Below the pieces are notes generated by a model. That model was not told the origin of the DNA. It did no database searches and saw only the letters and a list, made by a program, of their open reading frames with translations. 43,433 nucleotides of DNA from a virus: UHGV virus genome UHGV-0259702. One strand, 5' to 3'. Below, one piece after another: positions 17,426 through 25,167 of this stretch; position 1 is the stretch's first letter, and every line of letters begins with the position of its first letter. The translations under genes were made by a program, and so were the position numbers.

Positions 17426-17581
17426 ATGATAGGAAAATGCAAAGCACCAAACACATGTGTATGCAAATACGAACATTGTTGCATAGAATGCCCAGAAAAT
17501 GATATTTGCAATATGCAGTGTGTAGATAAGGACAGGTATGAGTATTGTGTGGAGTGTACGGAATATGAGGAGGTGGAATAG
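17426..17581 (+). CDS. Cysteine-rich small protein (51 aa, 11 Cys)
   Basis: MIGKCKAPNTCVCKYEHCCIECPENDICNMQCVDKDRYEYCVECTEYEEVE. SD GGAAGGAGAAAGGaataatcATG. Stop overlaps the next start (TAGATG). Confidence 0.35.
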   Translation: MIGKCKAPNTCVCKYEHCCIECPENDICNMQCVDKDRYEYCVECTEYEEVE

Positions 17582-17956
17582 ATGAGAGAAAACTTTTTTA
17601 AAGCGAAGAGAATAGATAATGGTGAATGGGTGGAAGGGGATTTAGAGCGTACGAAATATGATGATGTAATCTGGATTGTAGATGTGCGTGGAGAAAAGTG
17701 TTATAGATGCGATTCAGACACCATATGCCAGTACACCGGACTTACCGACAAGAACGACAAGAAAATCTGGGAGAATGATATTGTAGAACTTCCAGACGAA
17801 GAAGGTTATTTTACATGTGAATGGGAAGAAGACGCCGCAAGATTTGTTATGAATGGGGATGGATTAACTGTTGATTTTGATAACTATTGGAGTTACCAGA
17901 CGGAAGTGGCAGGAAACATTTTTGATAATCCAGAGCTGTTGGAGGTGGAGCGATGA
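17582..17956 (+). CDS. YopX-family protein
   Basis: FKAKRIDNGEWVEGDL...QYTGLTDKNDKKIWENDIV matches YopX family conservation. Confidence 0.65.
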   Translation: MRENFFKAKRIDNGEWVEGDLERTKYDDVIWIVDVRGEKCYRCDSDTICQYTGLTDKNDKKIWENDIVELPDEEGYFTCEWEEDAARFVMNGDGLTVDFDNYWSYQTEVAGNIFDNPELLEVER

Positions 17957-18105
17957 AAAAGTATGATATTTTAATTGCAAAATTGTATGCGTGCTGTGGA
18001 AATCAAGAAGAGTTTCCACGTGAGCCGATTACCATTGATACTAATAAAATGAGTGAGTTATTGGAAGGTGTATTTATAAAAGCAGGATTGTTGGAGGCGG
18101 AGTGA
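17953..18105 (+). CDS. Small hypothetical protein (50 aa)
   Basis: Overlapping ATGA start. Below ORF-track cutoff. Confidence 0.3.
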   Translation: MKKYDILIAKLYACCGNQEEFPREPITIDTNKMSELLEGVFIKAGLLEAE

Positions 18106-18581
18106 TGAACGTATTAGAGAAGATTTTGGAAGAAATAAAAGAAGTAGAGAAAAAGTTTGTAGTTGGACATGAAGTATTATTTGCGTTAGGGGCTACGGGA
18201 ATGGCATCCGAAATTAGCGGTATTATCCGTTCTCACATGGACAATGTTCCGGACAATGTTCCGGATAATGATTCTGGCTGGATTCCGGTAAGTGAAAGGT
18301 TGCCGGAAGTCGGGAAGATAGTAAAAGTTACCGTACACTCATCCGAATGGATTGAGGACTACGATTCGGCCTGGATTCCGGAAGAAGAAAAGACATATCA
18401 TCCGGAAGAGCGCAATGTGTACGACGGATACATAAATAGAGTGGGTATGTGGAGAATTTATGATGAGGGAGGTTCAGTCTACGCTTGCGACAAAGAATTT
18501 GGAACAGATAAGGGAATGGTGTACGATGTCGTGACAGCGTGGATGCCGAAAGAACAGATAGAACCATACAAGGAGGAATAG
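18102..18581 (+). CDS. DUF551-like phage protein
   Basis: WIPVSERLPEVGKIVKVTV matches the DUF551 hallmark. Confidence 0.55.
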   Translation: MMNVLEKILEEIKEVEKKFVVGHEVLFALGATGMASEISGIIRSHMDNVPDNVPDNDSGWIPVSERLPEVGKIVKVTVHSSEWIEDYDSAWIPEEEKTYHPEERNVYDGYINRVGMWRIYDEGGSVYACDKEFGTDKGMVYDVVTAWMPKEQIEPYKEE

Positions 18582-18583
18582 CG

Positions 18584-18775
18584 ATGAAGATAATGATAAC
18601 GATATTGCGAAAAAACGGAAGCTGCAGAACTTGGACAAATGCAAGCGCGGAAGAACACGTGTCAATGGGGCTTACAGTTCACGCGGAAAGCATCAAAAGA
18701 TGCGCGGAATCATGGGGAACAGGGAAAGATGAGGTGCTGAAAGCAATAAGAAAAGCACTGGAAAGTGAGGAATAA
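18584..18775 (+). CDS. Hypothetical protein (63 aa)
   Basis: SD AAGGAGGAatagcgATG. ORF track 18539-18775 with the internal start preferred. Confidence 0.45.
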   Translation: MKIMITILRKNGSCRTWTNASAEEHVSMGLTVHAESIKRCAESWGTGKDEVLKAIRKALESEE

Positions 18776-18776
18776 C

Positions 18777-18968
18777 ATGGACATGTTAATCACAATCGCA
18801 TTCCTAACCCTGTATTACATCTTGGGCCTTGGAACCGTGATTACTTTAAAGACAGGATTGGAAGAGGATGTGGAGTTGGAGCATGAGGATTATTTAGCAG
18901 CGGCATGCTTCCAGATACTGCTGTTTGTGGTGTTTTTGGATCGGATAGCGCGAAAGATAGTGAGGTAG
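18777..18968 (+). CDS. Small membrane protein (63 aa)
   Basis: SD GTGAGGAataacATG. Two hydrophobic helices. Confidence 0.4.
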   Translation: MDMLITIAFLTLYYILGLGTVITLKTGLEEDVELEHEDYLAAACFQILLFVVFLDRIARKIVR

Positions 18969-18973
18969 AAAAT

Positions 18974-19393
18974 ATGAGAAAATTTAACTGGGACGAATTT
19001 AAGGATGCAGATAATAAGATCGCAGTGCATTGCAAGACTGAGGAAGAAGCGAAAGATTTTTGCGAGCAGATGTGTGAGAAAGGGATGAAGTGGAGAAGTG
19101 GAGATAGTTATTTAGAACATACAGCATATGGAGAATATCTCAGTGAAACATGCCATACAGGAATCGGAGGGTTCGCAGATTACGATTTTTACAAAAGCGA
19201 AGGATATAAAATCTTAGAATGGAGCGATTATATGAACAAAGAATTTACCAAGGCAAATTTAAAAAGCGGGATGGTAGTGGAATACAGAAATGGAGAAAGA
19301 AGATTAGTAATTGATAAATATTTGATCGGGAATAATGCTCATTATGAGTTAAGTTCATACAACGAAAACTTGGAAGACGAATATCCTAGATAG
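18974..19393 (+). CDS. Hypothetical protein (139 aa)
   Basis: SD GTGAGGTagaaaatATG. ORF track 18905-19393 with the internal start preferred. Confidence 0.5.
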   Translation: MRKFNWDEFKDADNKIAVHCKTEEEAKDFCEQMCEKGMKWRSGDSYLEHTAYGEYLSETCHTGIGGFADYDFYKSEGYKILEWSDYMNKEFTKANLKSGMVVEYRNGERRLVIDKYLIGNNAHYELSSYNENLEDEYPR

Positions 19394-19399
19394 ACTATC

Positions 19400-19567
19400 A
19401 TGAAGGTATTCAAGATTCGCCAAAGAGCAATTTTAGAGAGGATATTAGACGATGACAATCTCGAACTCATCTGGGAGCGTAAAGAACCAAAGAAAATGAC
19501 TGTGGAAGAAATGAAACAGAAGCTGGAAGAATTGACCGGAGAGGAAATTGAGGTGATGCAGGAATGA
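19400..19567 (+). CDS. Small hypothetical protein (55 aa)
   Basis: Below ORF-track cutoff. Coupled to the next gene (ATGA). Confidence 0.3.
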   Translation: MKVFKIRQRAILERILDDDNLELIWERKEPKKMTVEEMKQKLEELTGEEIEVMQE

Positions 19568-19788
19568 CCAGAGAAACCATGAAGCGCAGAAGGGAGACAG
19601 CAGACACTGTGAGAAAGATAGAAGCACACAAGATGGCAACGAGAAAGCCCTGTAAGACGGCTTTAAAGCAACAGGAGCATAAAGCCTATGCCTGCGATTT
19701 TAAAAGCCGTGAGAGGGCAAATAAGGACGCTGTGGACTACATTGCAGAAGAGTATAACATCAAAGAACCGATTCCGGGAGGTGATTGA
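19564..19788 (+). CDS. Hypothetical protein (74 aa, basic)
   Basis: ORF track. Confidence 0.45.
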   Translation: MTRETMKRRRETADTVRKIEAHKMATRKPCKTALKQQEHKAYACDFKSRERANKDAVDYIAEEYNIKEPIPGGD

Positions 19789-19789
19789 G

Positions 19790-20203
19790 GTGGACAAGAA
19801 AACTTTAAAAAAGTACAAGCCGAATAAAGATAGACTTATCCGGATTGAGAATCAAATACAAGAACTCTGTGAACGGGAGTCAACTGTCGTTATGGGGAAA
19901 GTAACAGGATCCAGCGCAGATTTCCCATACACAGAAGTAAGAACATCTGTGCAAATGTATGATCCTTACGAAGAAGAGAATATAAGACGGCAGATCAGAA
20001 GGAAAGAAGCGGATAGGCTGCGGATTCTGAAAGAGCAAAAAGAAGTAGAGGACTACATAAACGGGATTGATGATCCAGAGATTAAAGAGATATTCGAGAT
20101 GCACTACCTTCAAGGGAAAACCCAGCAAAAAGTCGCAGATGAAATTGGATATACTCAGGCGCGAGTATCGCAGATTATAAGCGGGCAGCTTAAAGATTTA
20201 TAG
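19790..20203 (+). CDS. ArpU/RinA-like late-gene transcriptional activator (sigma-70 region-4-like HTH)
   Basis: C-terminus EIFEMHYLQGKTQQKVADEIGYTQARVSQIISGQLKDL is sigma region-4-like. GTG start with GGAGGTGA SD. ORF track 19688-20203. Located just before the packaging module. Confidence 0.65.
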   Translation: MDKKTLKKYKPNKDRLIRIENQIQELCERESTVVMGKVTGSSADFPYTEVRTSVQMYDPYEEENIRRQIRRKEADRLRILKEQKEVEDYINGIDDPEIKEIFEMHYLQGKTQQKVADEIGYTQARVSQIISGQLKDL

Positions 20204-20223
20204 CATTTATATTTTACTTATGC

Positions 20224-20235
20224 TATAATTATTCT
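20224..20235 (+). promoter_or_regulatory. Extended -10 element TGCTATAAT (no clear -35)
   Basis: cttaTGCTATAATtatt, the same motif as at 3903. Confidence 0.3.
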
Positions 20236-20282
20236 AGAACGATTGTATATTGTTCTAAAACAATCTTTCCAAACATTCGGAA

Positions 20283-20323
20283 CACCGCTGGACTTTTACC
20301 CTTTCTTGTCTGGCGGTGTTTTG
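20283..20323 (+). terminator. Rho-independent terminator (12-bp stem ACACCGCUGGAC/GUCUGGCGGUGU plus UUUU)
   Basis: Stem with two G-U wobbles and a 13-nt loop, followed by a T-tract. Confidence 0.55.
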
Positions 20324-20336
20324 CGTATCCTTGAAA

Positions 20337-20400
20337 TTATACGCACAAAATACGCATAAAAGTATTGACAAAGTAATATATAATGCGTATAATATACGTA
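20337..20400 (+). promoter_or_regulatory. hicAB promoter: consensus TTGACA-17-TATAAT (20365-20393) embedded in ATACGCA/TGCGTAT direct and inverted repeats (candidate HicB operator)
   Basis: ttATACGCAcaaaATACGCAtaaaagtaTTGACAaagtaatatataaTGCGTATAATATACGTATa. Confidence 0.6.
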
Positions 20401-20423
20401 TAAACAGAAAAGGAGCGTGAGTC

Positions 20424-20597
20424 TTGAAAAGAAGAGAGTTAGTAAAGATGCTAGAGAAAAATGGATGGTATATAAAGAGAAATGGTGCAAACCATGATAT
20501 ATATACCGATGGTGATCGGATGGAACCAATTCCGAGACATCCAGACATTAACGAAAGACTAGCAAGGAACATTATCAAGAAGCTGGGGCTGAAATAG
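20424..20597 (+). CDS. hicA: HicA-family mRNA interferase toxin (57 aa)
   Basis: LKRRELVKMLEKNGWYIKRNGANHDIYTDGDRMEPIPRHPDINERLARNIIKKLGLK matches the HicA dsRBD-like toxin family. TTG start with AAAGGAG SD. Below ORF-track cutoff. Confidence 0.7.
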   Translation: MKRRELVKMLEKNGWYIKRNGANHDIYTDGDRMEPIPRHPDINERLARNIIKKLGLK

Positions 20598-20682
20598 CCC
20601 TAACTTCTCGATATGTGTAACTAAAAATAATTTTCAAGTGAGACATGGTATAGGAAAAAGTTGATGCGTAGGAGGAAAGAAA

Positions 20683-21087
20683 ATGTATAGGAGAAAGGCA
20701 TATCCAATCGTAATTTCAAAAGAATCTGATGGATTTTATGTAGAAATCCCGGATTTTGACATTGCGACACAGGGGGAGGATATTGCGGATGCTATGGAAA
20801 TGGCACGAGACGCAATAGGATTGATGGGTATTGAATATTTGGATTGCGAAAAAGAAATTCCAGAACCAAATTCAGTAGAAATAAAAGCGGATAAAGATGA
20901 CATTGTTACATTAGTAGACGTTGATTTCGTGGAATACAGAAAAAAGGTAGATAATAAGGCAGTGAAGAAAAACTGCACGATTCCATACTGGCTGAATGTA
21001 GAAGCTGAAAAAGCGGGAATCAATTATTCAAAAGTCCTACAGGATGCGATTATGCGTGTTCTTGGGATTCAAAAAAATGTTTACTAA
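20683..21087 (+). CDS. hicB: HicB-family antitoxin (RNase-H-like N-domain plus RHH C-terminal DNA-binding domain)
   Basis: YPIVISKESDGFYVEIPDFDIATQGEDIADAMEMARDAI matches the HicB/UPF0150 fold. C-terminal CTIPYWLNVEAEKAGINYSKVLQDAI ribbon-helix-helix. Confidence 0.8.
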   Translation: MYRRKAYPIVISKESDGFYVEIPDFDIATQGEDIADAMEMARDAIGLMGIEYLDCEKEIPEPNSVEIKADKDDIVTLVDVDFVEYRKKVDNKAVKKNCTIPYWLNVEAEKAGINYSKVLQDAIMRVLGIQKNVY

Positions 21088-21147
21088 TTCTCTAGTTATA
21101 TAAAGAGGAAGAGCGCCTTGCCATGTGGTATAGGTGCTTTTTCTTAT

Positions 21148-21193
21148 GCCGTGGAAAATGTAGGGCAGACGGGTTCGACTCCTGTACACGGCT
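21148..21193 (+). other. tRNA-like fragment (acceptor plus T-arm only)
   Basis: GCCGTGG...GGGTTCGACTCC...ACACGGC pairs as an acceptor stem plus T-arm but lacks D and anticodon arms. Confidence 0.25.
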
Positions 21194-21362
21194 ATTGTGA
21201 CATATTACTGCATACCGGGAGTAGTGAAGAGTCACATGTGATATCACAAAACGCAGATATCCGCAGATCTGCAAAGCAAACAAAAATAGATTCAGCGATC
21301 TATATTTAGTGTCAGTACCCGATTGTGGATAGGGTAAAGGATGTCAATAAAAGGCATCCTAT

Positions 21363-21435
21363 GGGTGTATAGCTCAGTTGGCAGAGCGATCGGCTGTTAA
21401 CCGATGTGTCGCAGGTTCGAATCCTGCTATACCCG
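21363..21435 (+). tRNA. tRNA-Asn (anticodon GTT)
   Basis: GGGTGTATAGCTCAGTTGGCAGAGCGATCGGCTGTTAACCGATGTGTCGCAGGTTCGAATCCTGCTATACCCG shows cloverleaf acceptor GGGTGTA/TATACCC, D-loop AGCTCAGTTGG, anticodon loop cuGUUaa and T-loop GGTTCGAATCC. Confidence 0.85.
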
Positions 21436-21580
21436 TTGTGGACTACTGCAAGTTCCTCTTTTCTTATAGATTTTGCGTTATTTGGTTTTGATTATTATAT
21501 TATGCAGTATTCCTATAAACGTATTGAAGATCTATGGCTTTTAGAGTAGAATAGAAGAAAGGCGAAAGGAGAGAAGTGTT

Positions 21581-21898
21581 ATGGAAAAAATATTTTTAGG
21601 GGAATTCAAGAGAGGAGAGAAGGTATTCCCATTTAATGAAATCGAAATGTCTGATGATTCGTTCGAGAATATAAAAGATGTAATTTGTTCGTCGCTGAAT
21701 GAACATAATCAAGATATTGAAATTACACTTAGAGAAAGAGATGTAGATATTAAAGATACAGTATACTCGTTAAAAGGACAATTATACGATAGCAGAGAAT
21801 TATATATTCAGAAACTTAAAATTTTAACAATACATGATTTTGGTAGTTATAGGATATTAGAATGTTTTATCCCGGAAGGAGAAGTAAGCATTCGCTAA
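21581..21898 (+). CDS. Hypothetical protein (105 aa)
   Basis: SD AAAGGAGAGaagtgttATG. Accessory position with the tRNA before the terminase. Confidence 0.5.
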   Translation: MEKIFLGEFKRGEKVFPFNEIEMSDDSFENIKDVICSSLNEHNQDIEITLRERDVDIKDTVYSLKGQLYDSRELYIQKLKILTIHDFGSYRILECFIPEGEVSIR

Positions 21899-21939
21899 AG
21901 ACATATCCAATAAACTGGAAACAATCATTGCGTAACGAC

Positions 21940-21965
21940 AGAGGCGCTTCGGTGTCTCTTTTTTC
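21940..21965 (+). terminator. Rho-independent terminator with UUCG tetraloop
   Basis: AGAGGCGC-TTCG-GTGTCTCT followed by TTTTTTC. Confidence 0.55.
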
Positions 21966-21982
21966 AAAGAAAAATTAACAGA

Positions 21983-22447
21983 TTGGAAGGTGGTGAAGTG
22001 GCAGGTTATGATAACATAAAAGATCATGGATTTGATAAGAAAACCGCGGAGGAACGGCGGGAGTTGGCAATAAAAGCGGGTAAAGCAAGTGGTGAAGCAA
22101 GGAGAAGAAAAGCGGATTTTCGGAGGACGCTGAACATGCTGCTTACCGCTGAAATAGATAGTCCCGAATGGAAGCCGGTTCTGGAGTCACTTGGTGTTGA
22201 GTGCACTCTGGAATCGGCTCTTTTGATGGCACAGATCAAAGAAGCGTTGGGCGGAAATACACAGGCAGCTACATTCGTAGCGAAGTATGCAGGGCAATCG
22301 CCGGAACCGGATGAGAACAGACGAAACCGGGAGGCGGATACAGAATTGAAATTGGCAAATGCGGATAAGCTGAACAGAGATTGCAGTAGTGAGGATGAAA
22401 TGGAAGGAGTGGAGATTATCAATGACGCAGACAAAAAAACAAGTTAG
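21983..22447 (+). CDS. terS: Terminase small subunit (start uncertain)
   Basis: TAEERRELAIKAGKASGEARRRKADFRRTLNMLLT resembles Gram-positive phage small terminase subunits. Directly upstream of and overlapping the large terminase. Confidence 0.55.
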   Translation: MEGGEVAGYDNIKDHGFDKKTAEERRELAIKAGKASGEARRRKADFRRTLNMLLTAEIDSPEWKPVLESLGVECTLESALLMAQIKEALGGNTQAATFVAKYAGQSPEPDENRRNREADTELKLANADKLNRDCSSEDEMEGVEIINDADKKTS

Positions 22448-23780
22448 AATATCAGATTTGATCATTCCAAAATATCTGCCGTTATTCAACGATAAGAAGC
22501 ATAAGCATATCATCCTGACTTCTGGCCGTGCCGGCACGAAATCCAGTTATGCAGGTGTCAGAGGTATCTTCCAGCTCGTGGATGATGCAAATGGTTCAGC
22601 AGTAGTTCTTCGCAAGCATCACAATAAGCTGCGGAAAACAGTATACAAAGAAATGCTTAGGGGTATCAACCGACTTGAGATTCCAAAGTCATATTTCAAG
22701 ATTGGAAAATCTCCGATGGAGATCACATACAAAAAGTACAATACAACGATGTATTTCTCCGGGTCTGATGGAATTGACGATACCAAAGGTATCATCGATG
22801 AGGATAAGCCAATCAAGCTTGTAGTATTGGATGAGCTGACAGAGTTCTTCGATGACGGGGAGGGGGAGGATGAACTGGCGAATATAGAAGCAACGTTCGT
22901 CCGTGGAAACAAAGCAGGCTTCCAGATGATCTATCTTTACAATCCACCAAAGAATCCGAATGCCCCGATCAACCTCTGGTGCAAGAAGATGGAAGAACGA
23001 GAAGACTGCATCCATATCCACACAAGCTATAAAGATGTCCCGGTTGATTGGTTGGGACAGGATCTGATTGATTCTGCAGAAGCTATGATGCGAGCGGATA
23101 TCAAGATGTACCGATGGACATGGTTGGGCGAGCCTACTGGAGTGGATGACCTGATCTACTATATGTTTTCAGCAGAGAAGCATATTTATCAGCCAGAAAA
23201 TTACACCGAGGAAGAGAAACGAAGCATTGGGGAAATCGGAATTGGAGTGGACTACGGTCAGCAGAATGCAACAGTCTATGAAGCATTCGGCATTGACTAT
23301 CAAAATCAGGTCTTGCGCGGGATTGATGAGTACTACTATTCTGGGCGAGAAAGAGGAACACAGAAATCTCCTTCGGAGTATGCACAGGATATGAAAGCAT
23401 TCTGCGACAAGATCGAACAAGAATATGATCGAGTTGTCAGTTATATATTTGTGGATCCATCAGCAGCAGGTTTGATTGAGGAAATACGGAGAGTGATTCC
23501 GTATATACCGGTTATACCGGCGCAGAATGACGTGAAGCTTGGAATCAGCCGTGTGCAGAAGCTGTTGTCTTTCGAGAGGATGATCGTCAGTGAGAAACAG
23601 AAGATGCTGATTAAAGAGTTTGGGCTTTATCAATACAACACGGACAGTATCAAAAAGGGAATTGAAATTCCCGTGAAAGAGAACGATCATGCGCTTGATG
23701 GAACACGCTATTTATGCGTTGGAATGTGGAATCATATTAGATATATGCTGCCAATATCAGAAAGAGGTGAGGAACGTTGA
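22422..23780 (+). CDS. terL: Terminase large subunit, PBSX family
   Basis: ILTSGRAGTKSS Walker A-like. VLDELTEF Walker B. C-terminal nuclease domain. SD GGAGTGGAGattatcaATG. ORF track 22389-23780. Confidence 0.85.
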   Translation: MTQTKKQVRISDLIIPKYLPLFNDKKHKHIILTSGRAGTKSSYAGVRGIFQLVDDANGSAVVLRKHHNKLRKTVYKEMLRGINRLEIPKSYFKIGKSPMEITYKKYNTTMYFSGSDGIDDTKGIIDEDKPIKLVVLDELTEFFDDGEGEDELANIEATFVRGNKAGFQMIYLYNPPKNPNAPINLWCKKMEEREDCIHIHTSYKDVPVDWLGQDLIDSAEAMMRADIKMYRWTWLGEPTGVDDLIYYMFSAEKHIYQPENYTEEEKRSIGEIGIGVDYGQQNATVYEAFGIDYQNQVLRGIDEYYYSGRERGTQKSPSEYAQDMKAFCDKIEQEYDRVVSYIFVDPSAAGLIEEIRRVIPYIPVIPAQNDVKLGISRVQKLLSFERMIVSEKQKMLIKEFGLYQYNTDSIKKGIEIPVKENDHALDGTRYLCVGMWNHIRYMLPISERGEER

Positions 23781-25156
23781 TACAATATGAATCTATAAAA
23801 CAGGCAATGGGAGTGGATGTTGCGGTATCCCAGAGAATGGCACAGGCAATCTATCGGTGGTCAAAGATGTATATCAACGAATCTCCCTGGTTGAACGATG
23901 ATATAAAAGGGGTGAATCTTCCGGCGGCGATCTGCTCCGAAATGGCAAGACTGGTGACAATGGAATCCAGTATCAATATTACTGGTGGAAGTAAAGCTGA
24001 AATGATTAAAAACTGGATGCAGTCGTTTCTAAATGAGATTTCAAACTACACGGAATATGCTTGCAGCACAGGGGGAGTGATTTTTAAGCCGTATTTATCC
24101 CCGAAAGGGATTGAAATAGATGTGGTGAGAGCTGGTGATTTCTATCCAGTAGAGTTTAACAGTGCTGGAGAGATTACAGCGGCTATCTTCCCAGAATTTA
24201 AGCGTGTTGGAAAGAATCTTTATACAAGACTTGAATATCATGCATTACAGGGCGATAGATACAGCATTGTGAATAAAGCTTTTATCAGTAAGAAAGCAAT
24301 GGTAAAAACGGATGATATCGTAAATCTCGGACAGGAGATCAATCTGGAAAGAGTACCGGAATGGTCAGATATTGCCCCTTATGTCGAGTTTCAGAATGCG
24401 GACAGGATGCTGTTTTCTTACTTCAAGATTCCATTGGCAAACAATATAGACATCCATTCTCCTCTTGGTGTATCAATCTATGCAAGAGCCGTGAATCAGA
24501 TTCGGGATGCTGATGAGCAGTATGGAGCAGTGCTGTGGGAATACAAATCAAAGGAAACGGCAATTCAGGCAGCGGATGAATTTTTCCGGAAGAACCGGCA
24601 AGGAGAAGTTATCCTGCCAAAAGGGAAAGAACGGCTTTACCGGGCAATGGGGCCGAATGTGATGAGTAGGGATGGAAATCCCTTTTTTAATGCGTATTCA
24701 CCGGAAATCAGGGATGAGAGCTTCTTCAACGGGTACAACAGGATCATACAGAAAGTAGAGTTTAACTGTGGTCTTGCTTATGGAACTCTTTCAGATCCAC
24801 AGGTAGTGGATAAGACAGCAGAAGAAATTAAGGCCAGTAAGCAGCGCTCTTACGCAACGGTAAAATCTATTCAGAATAGCCTTGGGAACGCACTTGAGAA
24901 TCTTGTAGCAGCAGTGGAAGTGTGGATGTCGCTTGGTGGCATTTCTGCAGACGGAAAGGTAGAAGTATCCTGCAGTTGGGATGATTCCCTTGTAACAGAC
25001 AAGAAATATGAGACGGAACAGCTTCGGGCTGATTATAGTCTTGGAGTTGTTGGCCCCGTGGAATATCGAATGAAGCGTTTTGGAGAAACAGAGGAACAGG
25101 CAGTCATGATGTTGCAGAAGGCATCACAATTTAACCTGGAAGATACAATGGAATAG
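23777..25156 (+). CDS. Portal protein (SPP1 gp6-like)
   Basis: 459 aa directly after the large terminase. Family-like sequence. Overlapping start. Confidence 0.8.
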   Translation: MIQYESIKQAMGVDVAVSQRMAQAIYRWSKMYINESPWLNDDIKGVNLPAAICSEMARLVTMESSINITGGSKAEMIKNWMQSFLNEISNYTEYACSTGGVIFKPYLSPKGIEIDVVRAGDFYPVEFNSAGEITAAIFPEFKRVGKNLYTRLEYHALQGDRYSIVNKAFISKKAMVKTDDIVNLGQEINLERVPEWSDIAPYVEFQNADRMLFSYFKIPLANNIDIHSPLGVSIYARAVNQIRDADEQYGAVLWEYKSKETAIQAADEFFRKNRQGEVILPKGKERLYRAMGPNVMSRDGNPFFNAYSPEIRDESFFNGYNRIIQKVEFNCGLAYGTLSDPQVVDKTAEEIKASKQRSYATVKSIQNSLGNALENLVAAVEVWMSLGGISADGKVEVSCSWDDSLVTDKKYETEQLRADYSLGVVGPVEYRMKRFGETEEQAVMMLQKASQFNLEDTME

Positions 25157-25167
25157 GGCGTGAGGAT

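Noticed and set aside
21092-21309. Two overlapping 63-aa ORFs on opposite strands upstream of the tRNA
   Set aside because: They have no SD, overlap each other and lie in a region containing a tRNA-like remnant. Treated as non-coding.
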